DNA of 64,000 nucleotides from NCBI RefSeq assembly GCF_057098645.1, contig NZ_CM169472.1; one strand, 5' to 3'. Shown piece by piece: positions 1 to 10,560 of this stretch (position 1 is its first letter; each line of letters starts with the position of its first letter). The notes under the pieces were generated by a model. It saw only the letters and a program-made list of their open reading frames with translations, ran no database searches and was not told where the DNA came from. The position numbers and the translations under genes were made by a program.

Positions 1-1083
1 CTTTACGGTTATCTTCCACTTCGTGTTTCAACGAACTGAAGTTGTTATTGAGCGAATTGATTTGCTGGCTGTTATCTGCAACACGTTTTTGCGTGTTTGT
101 TAACTGCTGGTGCGTTTGGGCAGAATCTTGTGTCAGACTTTCGATTTGCTCATGTGCCTGGGCCGAGTCTTGCGCAAGGTTTCGAATTTGTTCACCGTAT
201 TGCACGCTATCGATTTGCTGTTGCGTCGCGACATTGGAAGCCAGTTCATTAATTCTCTGCTCCTGATCAGCGGTTGAACGTTCATTGGCTTCATTTTGCG
301 CCGTCAGTTTGGCATTAATCATCTTTTGATAATGCGCAGTTGACTGGGGATCGCCGATTGCAGCGACCGTTTTTTCTGTGGCTGCGATCTGCTTCTGTTG
401 CTCTGTAATCTGCGTTTGTTGGTCTTCAGACTGTGATTGTTGCGCATCAGCAGTGGCGGCAACGGTTTTTTGCGTGGCAGTGATTTGTTCCTGCTGTTCG
501 GTAATCGCCGTACTGTTTTTTTCAATCTGGTTTTTGTTGTCGCTTACGACACCGGAAAGTTTCTGGCCATTCATCAACGCGGTATTAGCGTTCTCGTTGG
601 CATGATCTGCACTTGCTTTAACATCTGCGACATCTTTCTGAGTATCAGCAATAGCTCCCTTGTTCGCATCAATTGCAGATTGCGCAGTGGTAAGCGCTTT
701 TTTGGCGTCATCTGCATTTGCCGCCGCAATGCTTGCGATATTGTGTGCATTCTGAATGGCGGTATCTTGCGCCGCGTCGCGATCTGCCTGGTTTTTATCG
801 GTGACAGTGCTGTCAGTCTGTACGGCTGTACTGGTGGGGTAAATATTATCGCCTGTCTGTGGGTCCATATATCCATGAGAAAACAGGTAATCTTGCGCGG
901 CTTCTGTATTACCTGTCCGAATCATGAAGCGATTGATTTTTTGATCGATTTCATCATGAGACATACCTGGGTGAATCGCTGTCAGTTCTGTCGCTGCCGC
1001 TTCAACCGTATCATCTGCAAAAGCAGATGGGCTCACAATGGTAGCAACAACGACTGCCAGTAAAGACAACTTTACAGATTTCA
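1..1083 (-). CDS. Secreted repeat-rich coiled-coil protein, possibly adhesin or autotransporter-like; N-terminal 361 codons only, gene runs off the window start
   Basis: Hand translation of the minus strand from ATG at 1083-1081 gives MKSVKLSLLAVVVATIVSPSAFA/DD..., a Sec-type signal peptide, then more than 330 codons of Q/A/T-rich repetitive sequence with no stop before position 1. Not in the ORF track because it is truncated by the window edge. Weak SD. Confidence 0.55.
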
Positions 1084-1449
1084 TTTATTTTTTCTCGATC
1101 AAATTAAGTTTACTTTGGTTTCTAATAGAAACTAATAATATTTCTATTGGAGTTAATTTGCGTTGCAATTTAATCGAAATCTACGCCGCCATTTGTGTGA
1201 TGTAAAGCGCGTTTTTATCTTGTGTAAGCGTAAACACTGCCTATAAGAAACTGAATTGGTTTCTTAAGTAAATAATTTTGAAAATCATTTTGTGCTATTT
1301 TAGCGTAAAAAAGAGTAAAGACTTGTTTTGATAAGCGAAATAAATTCTGTTTCTGGACTAAACGTGAAGCGGTTCCTGATGTGTGCTAAAATGCGTTTCT
1401 TTGATAAATCTCAATTTTTAAGAGGTTTACGCCAGGCAGGAAAATTTAA

Positions 1450-1812
1450 ATGAATGAATTTGAGAAGATTTTTAATGAAATGAATCTGGACCGGGCATTG
1501 CTACCGATCCTTTTTCGTTCGAACCGGTCGACAGTATGGAAGTATTTAAGCGGCGATAGTACGGCTCCTGCCTCTGCCATGTCGCTGATTATGCTGTTGC
1601 AGTTGATCCAGAAACGAAACCCCGATCTGTTAGCCGAATGGTTAACGCTTTCTGATTTCACCATTCCGCCAGAAGTTTACCTGGACCAGCCTGATTACTG
1701 GAAAGGGTGGGTGTATACGCAACACAAGGTCAATAAAAACGTCCTGGAATATCTAAAAAAACACTATCCGGATGAAGACCAAAAAAGTATGAGTAAAGGC
1801 CGGGAAGAGTAA
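1450..1812 (+). CDS. Hypothetical 120-aa protein with a possible helix-turn-helix segment
   Basis: ORF with AGGAAA SD 7 nt upstream of ATG; segment RSNRSTVWKYLSGDSTAPASAMSLIM resembles an HTH; divergent from the secreted-protein gene across an AT-rich intergenic region; not recognised as a K-12 protein. Confidence 0.45.
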   Translation: MNEFEKIFNEMNLDRALLPILFRSNRSTVWKYLSGDSTAPASAMSLIMLLQLIQKRNPDLLAEWLTLSDFTIPPEVYLDQPDYWKGWVYTQHKVNKNVLEYLKKHYPDEDQKSMSKGREE

Positions 1813-1834
1813 TTTTGCCTCTACTCGGCTATAT

Positions 1835-1920
1835 GCCGGATGCGGCGCAAGCGCCTTATCTGGCCTACGATTCGGGCATATTTTGTAGGCATGATAAGAC
1901 GCGTCAGCGTCGCATCAGGC
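1835..1920. repeat. REP/BIME-type palindromic repeats
   Basis: gccggatgcggcgcaagcgccttatctggcctac ... gtaggcatgataagacgcgtcagcgtcgcatcaggc, typical enterobacterial REP sequence. Confidence 0.6.
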
Positions 1921-2373
1921 GATGACCGCACGGATGATCAGCGTTATCCCTTCTATCGCAATGACTTCAACATGCGTACCTGCGCCGAGATCCTCGCTGG
2001 CGCTGACAGGCCATGAACTGTCACCGACGCGCATATGACCGCGCCCGTTGACCAGCGGAGATTCCAGCACAAAACGTCGGCCAATCAGCTGCTGCCCGCG
2101 CTGGTTTAAATGACTGTCGCTGTGCTTTTGTTCGCGCACCCGCCGCGACAACCATTTCCACCACAGCCAGGCGGCGAGCAGCGTCAGGACGGCAAACATC
2201 ACCCCTTGCCACTCCCAACCCAGCGGCACCAGCCAGACTACCAGGCCGGTAATCACCGCTGCCACGCCGCTCCACAACAAATAACCATTTCCGCCCAGCA
2301 TCTCGGCTGCCAGCAGCAAACCGCCGAGACTTAGCCAGAAAATATGTGGATGAACGACCATTAACTCCATCAT
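1915..2373 (-). CDS. ybbJ: NfeD-like inner membrane protein YbbJ
   Basis: 152-aa ORF, hydrophobic N-terminus, 4-nt overlap with the upstream SPFH gene (qmcA-ybbJ operon arrangement). Confidence 0.8.
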   Translation of the reverse strand: MMELMVVHPHIFWLSLGGLLLAAEMLGGNGYLLWSGVAAVITGLVVWLVPLGWEWQGVMFAVLTLLAAWLWWKWLSRRVREQKHSDSHLNQRGQQLIGRRFVLESPLVNGRGHMRVGDSSWPVSASEDLGAGTHVEVIAIEGITLIIRAVIA

Positions 2374-3287
2374 GGCTGAGTCCGCTTGTTGGCGCTGTCT
2401 TTCACCAGCTCGGCAATCCCGGCAATCGACCCCATCAGGCTGCTGGCCTCTAATGGCATCATCACTACTTTGCTGTTACTGGACGAACCGATCTGCTGTA
2501 ACGCTTCGGTGTATTTCTGCGCTACGAAGTAGTTCACCGCCTGAATATCACCGGAGGCGATGGCTTCAGACACCATTTTGGTGGCGCGGGCTTCTGCTTC
2601 GGCGGAACGTTCACGCGCTTCAGCCTGTAAAAACGCCGACTGACGTTCGCCTTCCGCTTTCAGGATTTGCGACTGTTTTTCACCTTCGGCTTTGAGGATT
2701 TCCGCCTGACGGATCCCTTCCGCTTCGAGGATGTAAGCGCGTTTGGTACGTTCCGCTTTCATCTGCGCGTTCATTGAAGAGATAAGCTCTGCCGGTGGGC
2801 GCACGTCGCGAATTTCAATACGGGTGACTTTAATCCCCCACGGGTTGGTGGCTTCATCGACAATACGCAGCAGGCGTGAGTTGATGCTGTCGCGCTGAGA
2901 GAGCATTTCGTCAAGTTCCATTGAACCCAGCACGGTACGGATGTTAGTCATGGTCAGGTTGATGATCGCCAGCTCCAGATTGCTGACTTCATAAGCCGCG
3001 CGTGGCGCGTCAATCACCTGAATAAAACAGACTGCGTCGATGGTAACGTTGGCGTTATCTTTCGAGATAACTTCCTGGGAAGGGATATCGAGCACTTGCT
3101 CCATCATATTGATCTTGCGACCAATGCGATCCATAAACGGCACCACCAGACTGAGCCCCGGCTGTAACGTTTTGGTATAGCGACCAAAACGTTCTACCGT
3201 CCATTGATAGCCCTGCGGCACGATTTTGACGCCCGCGCCGACAATGACCAGCGCGACAAAAATGAGAATCGGGATAAAGATAAGCAT
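2370..3287 (-). CDS. qmcA: SPFH/stomatin-family membrane protease modulator QmcA
   Basis: 305-aa ORF with N-terminal TM segment and charged coiled-coil C-terminus; length matches QmcA (YbbK). Confidence 0.85.
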   Translation of the reverse strand: MLIFIPILIFVALVIVGAGVKIVPQGYQWTVERFGRYTKTLQPGLSLVVPFMDRIGRKINMMEQVLDIPSQEVISKDNANVTIDAVCFIQVIDAPRAAYEVSNLELAIINLTMTNIRTVLGSMELDEMLSQRDSINSRLLRIVDEATNPWGIKVTRIEIRDVRPPAELISSMNAQMKAERTKRAYILEAEGIRQAEILKAEGEKQSQILKAEGERQSAFLQAEARERSAEAEARATKMVSEAIASGDIQAVNYFVAQKYTEALQQIGSSSNSKVVMMPLEASSLMGSIAGIAELVKDSANKRTQP

Positions 3288-3432
3288 CGGAAAAACCTCC
3301 TGTTGTACCGTCCATAATCAGCAAAATTGCTGCTTGATTAAACAAATTATACCTGATTACTGAAAGAGAGTTCCCCCTTATTCCTGCGAAGGATAAACTG
3401 TTTTTAGTAAAAATCAGAAAAAGGGAACAGCG

Positions 3433-4110
3433 ATGCAGGAAAATAGTCCTTTGCTTCAGCTACAAAACGTAGGATATCTGGCGGGTGATGCGAAGATTCT
3501 TAATAACATCAATTTTTCGCTGCGTGCTGGCGAATTTAAGTTAATTACCGGTCCTTCTGGTTGTGGCAAAAGTACGCTGCTAAAAATAGTTGCTTCATTG
3601 ATCAGCCCAACCAGCGGAACGTTACTGTTTGAAGGTGAGGATGTCAGCACACTAAAGCCAGAAATCTACCGCCAGCAAGTCTCTTACTGCGCCCAGACAC
3701 CGACGCTGTTTGGCGATACGGTATACGATAATCTGATCTTTCCCTGGCAGATCCGTAACCGGCAGCCTGACCCAGCCATTTTTCTCGATTTTCTCGAACG
3801 CTTCGCCTTGCCGGACAGCATTTTGACGAAAAATATCGCCGAGCTATCTGGTGGTGAAAAACAACGCATCTCACTGATTCGTAACCTGCAATTTATGCCG
3901 AAGGTTTTATTGCTGGATGAAATCACCAGTGCGCTGGATGAAAGTAATAAACATAACGTTAATGAGATGATCCATCGTTATGTGCGCGAGCAAAATATTG
4001 CCGTGCTGTGGGTGACACACGATAAAGACGAAATTAATCATGCGGATAAAGTGATTACATTGCAACCGCATGCCGGAGAAATGCAGGAAGCACGCTATGA
4101 ACTCGCATAA
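3433..4110 (+). CDS. fetA: ABC transporter ATP-binding protein FetA
   Basis: 225 aa; Walker A GPSGCGKST and ABC signature LSGGEKQR. Confidence 0.85.
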   Translation: MQENSPLLQLQNVGYLAGDAKILNNINFSLRAGEFKLITGPSGCGKSTLLKIVASLISPTSGTLLFEGEDVSTLKPEIYRQQVSYCAQTPTLFGDTVYDNLIFPWQIRNRQPDPAIFLDFLERFALPDSILTKNIAELSGGEKQRISLIRNLQFMPKVLLLDEITSALDESNKHNVNEMIHRYVREQNIAVLWVTHDKDEINHADKVITLQPHAGEMQEARYELA

Positions 4111-4876
4111 TATTACTAACGAATCATTAGCACTGGCATTAATGCTGGTAGTGGTGGCAATCTTAATTAGCCATAAAGAAAAACTGGCGCTGGAGAAAGA
4201 TATTCTCTGGAGCGTCGGGCGCGCGATAATTCAGCTGATTATTGTTGGCTATGTGCTGAAGTATATTTTCAGCGTGGATGATGCCAGCCTGACATTATTG
4301 ATGGTGTTATTTATCTGCTTTAATGCGGCGTGGAACGCGCAAAAACGCAGTAAATATATTGCTAAAGCTTTTATCTCATCGTTTATTGCCATTACGGTCG
4401 GAGCGGGAATTACCCTGGCGGTACTGATTCTCTCAGGGTCGATTGAATTTATCCCGATGCAGGTGATCCCTATCGCCGGGATGATAGCCGGTAACGCCAT
4501 GGTAGCGGTAGGACTGTGTTACAACAATTTAGGGCAACGGGTGATTAGCGAACAGCAACAGATTCAGGAGAAACTGAGTCTTGGCGCGACGCCGAAACAG
4601 GCTTCAGCGATATTGATTCGCGACAGTATTCGCGCGGCTTTAATTCCGACGGTCGATTCAGCAAAAACGGTTGGCTTAGTGAGTTTACCAGGAATGATGT
4701 CCGGGCTGATATTTGCCGGGATTGATCCGGTGAAGGCGATTAAATATCAGATTATGGTGACCTTTATGCTGCTCTCAACCGCCAGCCTGTCGACCATTAT
4801 TGCCTGCTATTTTACCTATCGTAAATTTTACAATTCGCGCCACCAGTTGGTGGTGACGCAATTGAAGAAGAAATAA
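4097..4876 (+). CDS. fetB: ABC transporter permease FetB
   Basis: Multi-TM ORF overlapping fetA stop; start chosen at MNSHNIT to give 259 aa. Confidence 0.8.
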   Translation: MNSHNITNESLALALMLVVVAILISHKEKLALEKDILWSVGRAIIQLIIVGYVLKYIFSVDDASLTLLMVLFICFNAAWNAQKRSKYIAKAFISSFIAITVGAGITLAVLILSGSIEFIPMQVIPIAGMIAGNAMVAVGLCYNNLGQRVISEQQQIQEKLSLGATPKQASAILIRDSIRAALIPTVDSAKTVGLVSLPGMMSGLIFAGIDPVKAIKYQIMVTFMLLSTASLSTIIACYFTYRKFYNSRHQLVVTQLKKK

Positions 4877-4882
4877 TGCGAT

Positions 4883-4908
4883 GCCGGATGCGCAGCATCG
4901 CATCCGGC
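4883..4908. terminator. Bidirectional hairpin between convergent fetB and ybbN
   Basis: gccggatgcg-cagcat-cgcatccggc perfect 10-bp stem. Confidence 0.5.
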
Positions 4909-4938
4909 GTTGTGGTTCATGTGCCGATCAACGGAATA

Positions 4939-5835
<897 letters not shown>

Positions 5836-5853
5836 TTAAGCGCGCGCTTCAAC

Positions 5854-6663
5854 TCACCCCTGCAATATTTTGTCCATCACGCGCCCCGGCAGCAGGCGCT
5901 TAAGCACCATTACTGCCCAGGTCACCAGCGTTACCGGATAGCGCATCTTCGGCTTCTCGCTAATAAAAGCATGGCGTACTTTGTCGACCACCGCTTCCGG
6001 TCCCAACGTAAAGCGAGCAGCGATGCCGGGATTTTCGACTGGTTTATCACTTTGCGTCTGGTTGACGTTGTCGGTGAAGCGAGTACGAATGGGACCGGGT
6101 TCGATCAGGCTGACTTTAATTCCGCTGTGGCGTAGCTCCATGCGCAGCGCGTCTGACCACGCCTCCAGCGCATATTTACTGGCCGCGTAAGCGCCACGAC
6201 CCGGCGTGGAGATTAATCCCATCACCGATGATGTCATCACAATACGCCCTTCACCGTGCGGTAACATCGCGGGTAACAGGCGCATGGTGAGCTGGTGTGC
6301 GCCGAAAAAGTTGGCGGAAAACTGCTGTTCCATCTGCGCACGGCTGATGGTGGAAAGGGGGCCATACATGCCGAATCCGGCATTGTTAAAGATCCCATAC
6401 AGACAATTATCGGTCAGGGCGATCACCTCGTCGGCTGCGCGATCAACACTTTCTGGTGAATCCAGATCGATCAACACGCCGGTAAATCCCATGCTGTTCA
6501 TGCGCTCAACATCATCCGGTTTCCGGCAACCTGCCAGCACATGAAAACCCTGGCGTTTTAATTCGAGCGCGCTTTCCAGGCCAATTCCACTGGAACATCC
6601 GGTAATTAAGACCGATTTTTGCATAACTTTACCTGTCAGGATCTCCGTTGCTTTATGAGTCAT
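5854..6663 (-). CDS. ybbO: Short-chain dehydrogenase/reductase YbbO
   Basis: 269 aa; Rossmann motif TGCSSGIG and catalytic YAASK. Confidence 0.85.
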   Translation of the reverse strand: MTHKATEILTGKVMQKSVLITGCSSGIGLESALELKRQGFHVLAGCRKPDDVERMNSMGFTGVLIDLDSPESVDRAADEVIALTDNCLYGIFNNAGFGMYGPLSTISRAQMEQQFSANFFGAHQLTMRLLPAMLPHGEGRIVMTSSVMGLISTPGRGAYAASKYALEAWSDALRMELRHSGIKVSLIEPGPIRTRFTDNVNQTQSDKPVENPGIAARFTLGPEAVVDKVRHAFISEKPKMRYPVTLVTWAVMVLKRLLPGRVMDKILQG

Positions 6664-7279
6664 GATTTACTAAAGGCTGCAACTGCTTCGCCATCCAGTC
6701 GGCAATAAACGGCTGGGCGTCGCGGTTGGGATGAATACCGTCATCCTGCATCCATTGTGGCTTGAGGTAGACCTCTTCCATAAAAAAGGGCAGCAGCGGA
6801 ACATCAAACTCTTTGGCGAGTTTGGGGTAAATGGCGCTAAAGGCTTCATTATAACGGCGACCATAGTTTGCAGGCAGACGTATTTGCATTAACAATGGTT
6901 CAGCGTTGGCGGCTTTGACATCCTGCAAAATCTGGCGCAGCGTTTGCTCGGTTTGCTGTGGCTGAAAACCACGCAAACCGTCATTGCCGCCCAGTTCAAC
7001 CAGCACCCAGCGCGGCTGATGCTGTTTCAGCAGAGCCGGAAGGCGCGCCAGCCCTTGTTGCGAGGTGTCGCCGCTGATGCTGGCATTAACTACCGACGTT
7101 TTACTCTGCCACTTATCATTCAACAAGGCAGGCCAGGCCGCGCTGGCAGACATTCGATACCCGGCGCTCAGGCTATCACCCAGAATCAATAACGTGTCCG
7201 CTGCGGCGGCACGGAAGGTTAACAGGACCAGGAACAGGAAGGGCAAATGCCAGCGGAAAACATTGTTGAAGTTCATCAT
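6653..7279 (-). CDS. tesA: SGNH acyl-CoA thioesterase I / lysophospholipase L1 TesA
   Basis: Start at MMNFNNVF gives 208 aa; signal peptide and GDSLSAG motif. Confidence 0.9.
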   Translation of the reverse strand: MMNFNNVFRWHLPFLFLVLLTFRAAAADTLLILGDSLSAGYRMSASAAWPALLNDKWQSKTSVVNASISGDTSQQGLARLPALLKQHQPRWVLVELGGNDGLRGFQPQQTEQTLRQILQDVKAANAEPLLMQIRLPANYGRRYNEAFSAIYPKLAKEFDVPLLPFFMEEVYLKPQWMQDDGIHPNRDAQPFIADWMAKQLQPLVNHDS

Positions 7280-7933
7280 CTTAAGAAGTCCGTCGGTCAG
7301 GGGGAGCATGAACTCTCCATCCTCACCGGAGTTGAGCTGGTTGTCAAACGTGGCGAGACCATCGCGCTGGTGGGCGAGTCGGGATCGGGTAAGTCAACCT
7401 TGCTGGCGATCCTCGCCGGGCTGGATGACGGCAGCAGTGGCGAAGTGAGTCTGGTGGGACAACCGCTACATAATATGGACGAAGAAGCGCGGGCAAAGTT
7501 GCGCGCGAAGCACGTCGGCTTTGTTTTTCAGTCATTTATGCTAATTCCTACCCTTAACGCGCTGGAAAACGTCGAGCTTCCGGCGCTGCTGCGCGGTGAG
7601 AGTAGCGCGGAAAGTCGTAACGGAGCGAAAGCGTTGCTCGAACAGTTAGGGCTGGGTAAACGTCTGGATCATCTTCCGGCACAGCTTTCCGGCGGTGAAC
7701 AGCAACGAGTGGCGCTGGCACGAGCCTTTAACGGTCGACCTGATGTGCTGTTTGCCGACGAACCCACCGGCAACCTTGACCGCCAGACCGGCGATAAAAT
7801 TGCCGACCTGCTGTTTTCCCTCAACCGTGAGCATGGCACCACGTTGATTATGGTGACCCACGACCTGCAACTGGCGGCACGCTGCGACCGCTGCTTACGG
7901 CTGGTGAACGGGCAGTTGCAGGAGGAAGCATGA
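7247..7933 (+). CDS. ybbA: ABC transporter ATP-binding protein YbbA
   Basis: 228 aa; Walker A GESGSGKST and signature LSGGEQQR. Confidence 0.9.
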   Translation: MPAENIVEVHHLKKSVGQGEHELSILTGVELVVKRGETIALVGESGSGKSTLLAILAGLDDGSSGEVSLVGQPLHNMDEEARAKLRAKHVGFVFQSFMLIPTLNALENVELPALLRGESSAESRNGAKALLEQLGLGKRLDHLPAQLSGGEQQRVALARAFNGRPDVLFADEPTGNLDRQTGDKIADLLFSLNREHGTTLIMVTHDLQLAARCDRCLRLVNGQLQEEA

Positions 7934-10344
7934 TTGCACGCTGGTTCTGGCGCGAATGGCGTTCGCCGTCGCTATTAATTGTCTGGCTGGCGCTAAGCCT
8001 GGCGGTGGCCTGCGTGCTGGCGCTGGGCAATATCAGCGATCGCATGGAGAAGGGCTTAAGCCAACAAAGCCGGGAGTTTATGGCGGGCGATCGGGCGTTG
8101 CGCAGTTCGCGCGAAGTGCCGCAAGCATGGCTGGAGGAAGCGCAAAAGCGCGGCCTGAAAGTCGGCAAGCAGCTGACTTTCGCCACCATGACATTTGCAG
8201 GCGACACACCGCAGCTGGCGAACGTCAAAGCGGTGGATGATATCTACCCGATGTATGGCGATCTGCAAACCAATCCCCTTGGCCTGAAACCGCAGGCGGG
8301 CAGCGTATTGCTGGCCCCACGCCTGATGGCACTGCTTAACCTGAAAACGGGCGACACCATTGACGTGGGCGATGCCACCTTGCGGATTGCCGGAGAAGTG
8401 ATTCAGGAACCGGATTCCGGTTTTAACCCCTTCCAGATGGCTCCGCGTCTAATGATGAATCTGGCTGATGTCGATAAAACCGGAGCCGTGCAGCCGGGGA
8501 GTCGGGTCACCTGGCGTTATAAATTCGGCGGCAGCGAGAACCAGCTCGACAGCTATGAGAAATGGTTGTTACCTCAGCTTAAACCCGAACAACGCTGGTA
8601 CGGTCTGGAACAGGACGAAGGCGCGCTGGGGCGATCGATGGAACGCTCGCAACAGTTCCTGCTGCTTTCGGCGCTTCTGACCTTGCTGCTGGCAGTGGCA
8701 GCAGTGGCGGTAGCGATGAATCATTACTGTCGCAGTCGCTACGATCTGGTGGCGATCCTCAAAACGCTGGGGGCAGGGCGAGCGCAACTGCGTAAGCTAA
8801 TCGTCGGTCAGTGGTTGATGGTGCTGGCGCTTTCAGCCGTTACCGGTGGGGCGATAGGCCTGTTGTTCGAAAACGTGTTGATGGTGCTGCTCAAGCCCGT
8901 TCTGCCTGCTGCACTACCGCCTGCCAGTCTCTGGCCGTGGCTGTGGGCGCTTGGCACCATGACAGTCATCTCGCTGCTGGTGGGGCTACGACCGTACCGC
9001 TTGTTGCTGGCAACGCAGCCTTTACGCGTATTACGTAATGATGTGGTAGCGAACGTCTGGCCGCTGAAGTTTTATCTGCCGATTGTCAGTGTGGTGGTTG
9101 TGCTGCTGCTTGCCGGATTAATGGGCGGCAGTATGCTGCTCTGGGCGGTGCTGGCGGGCGCGGTAGTACTGGCTTTGCTGTGCGGTGTGCTGGGCTGGAT
9201 GCTGCTGAATGTACTTCGCCGCATGACGCTGAAATCGCTGCCTCTGCGCCTGGCGGTTAGCCGCCTGTTACGTCAGCCGTGGTCAACGTTAAGCCAGCTT
9301 TCAGCTTTTTCGCTCTCCTTTATGCTGCTGGCGCTGCTGCTGGTGTTGCGTGGCGATCTGCTAGACCGCTGGCAACAACAGCTACCGCCAGAAAGCCCGA
9401 ACTACTTTTTAATCAACATCGCCACAGAACAGGTTACGCCGCTAAAAGCGTTCCTCGCGGAACATCAGATAGTCTCGGAATCGTTTTATCCGGTGGTGCG
9501 AGCGCGGCTGACGGCGATTAACGGCAAGCCGACAGAAGGCAATGAAGATGAGGCGCTCAACCGCGAACTCAATCTTACCTGGCAAAATACGCGGCCCGAT
9601 CATAATCCGATTGTCGCCGGTAACTGGCCGCCAAAAGCTGATGAAGTGTCGATGGAAGAGGGGCTGGCGAAACGCTTAAACGTTATCCTCGGCGATACCG
9701 TGACTTTTATGGGCGATACCCAGGAGTTCCGCGCTAAAGTGACCAGCCTGCGCAAAGTGGACTGGGAAAGTTTGCGGCCTAATTTCTATTTTATTTTCCC
9801 GGAAGGGGCATTAGACGGGCAACCGCAGAGCTGGCTTACCAGTTTCCGCTGGGAGAATGGCAACGGCATGTTGACGCAACTCAACCGCCAGTTCCCGACC
9901 ATTAGCCTGTTAGACATTGGCGCGATTTTAAAACAGGTCGGTCAGGTGCTGGAGCAGGTAAGTCGGGCGCTGGAGGTGATGGTAGTGCTGGTCACCGCCT
10001 GCGGTATGTTGCTGTTGCTGGCACAGGTGCAGGTGGGAATGCGTCAGCGTCATCAGGAGCTGGTGGTGTGGCGCACACTCGGTGCGGGGAAAAAACTACT
10101 GCGTACCACGTTGTGGTGTGAGTTCGCCATGCTTGGGTTTGTTTCCGGCCTGGTGGCCGCAATTGGTGCGGAAACGGCGCTGGCAGTGTTGCAGGCGAAA
10201 GTGTTTGATTTTCCGTGGGAGCCAGACTGGCGATTGTGGATTGTTCTGCCGTGCAGCGGTGCGCTGCTGCTGTCGCTTTTCGGCGGCTGGCTGGGTGCGC
10301 GACTGGTTAAGGGTAAGGCGCTGTTCAGGCAGTTTGCGGGGTGA
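7930..10344 (+). CDS. ybbP: FtsX-like ABC transporter permease YbbP
   Basis: 804-aa multi-TM ORF overlapping ybbA stop by 4 nt. Confidence 0.85.
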   Translation: MIARWFWREWRSPSLLIVWLALSLAVACVLALGNISDRMEKGLSQQSREFMAGDRALRSSREVPQAWLEEAQKRGLKVGKQLTFATMTFAGDTPQLANVKAVDDIYPMYGDLQTNPLGLKPQAGSVLLAPRLMALLNLKTGDTIDVGDATLRIAGEVIQEPDSGFNPFQMAPRLMMNLADVDKTGAVQPGSRVTWRYKFGGSENQLDSYEKWLLPQLKPEQRWYGLEQDEGALGRSMERSQQFLLLSALLTLLLAVAAVAVAMNHYCRSRYDLVAILKTLGAGRAQLRKLIVGQWLMVLALSAVTGGAIGLLFENVLMVLLKPVLPAALPPASLWPWLWALGTMTVISLLVGLRPYRLLLATQPLRVLRNDVVANVWPLKFYLPIVSVVVVLLLAGLMGGSMLLWAVLAGAVVLALLCGVLGWMLLNVLRRMTLKSLPLRLAVSRLLRQPWSTLSQLSAFSLSFMLLALLLVLRGDLLDRWQQQLPPESPNYFLINIATEQVTPLKAFLAEHQIVSESFYPVVRARLTAINGKPTEGNEDEALNRELNLTWQNTRPDHNPIVAGNWPPKADEVSMEEGLAKRLNVILGDTVTFMGDTQEFRAKVTSLRKVDWESLRPNFYFIFPEGALDGQPQSWLTSFRWENGNGMLTQLNRQFPTISLLDIGAILKQVGQVLEQVSRALEVMVVLVTACGMLLLLAQVQVGMRQRHQELVVWRTLGAGKKLLRTTLWCEFAMLGFVSGLVAAIGAETALAVLQAKVFDFPWEPDWRLWIVLPCSGALLLSLFGGWLGARLVKGKALFRQFAG

Positions 10345-10360
10345 TGACAGGTGTTAGATT

Positions 10361-10460
10361 GCCTGATGCGCTACGCTTATCAGGCCTACGAAGAGCGTGC
10401 AATATATTGATTTTGCAAGATTGTGTAGGCCGGATAAGGCGTTTACGCCGCATCTGGCAT
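10361..10460. repeat. REP/BIME palindromic repeats
   Basis: gcctgatgcgctacgcttatcaggcctac ... gtaggccggataaggcgtttacgccgcatctggc. Confidence 0.6.
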
Positions 10461-10560
10461 GAACAGTGTGCATTTTGGCAATAAATCTGAAACCAACTGT
10501 CATGTCGGTTTTTTAAAGGCCGAAGGTGGTAAACCTTCGGCCTTAGCGACGTTTCCTCAG

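Noticed and set aside
437-1063. 208-aa plus-strand ORF, with a 75-aa ORF at 378..605
   Set aside because: Cysteine-rich, low-complexity translation antisense to the much more convincing minus-strand secreted-protein frame; an artefact of the repetitive GC-skewed sequence.
4070-4096. Upstream extension of fetB (268-aa ORF)
   Set aside because: Start at MNSHNIT (4097) matches the expected 259-aa permease and the usual short overlap with fetA.
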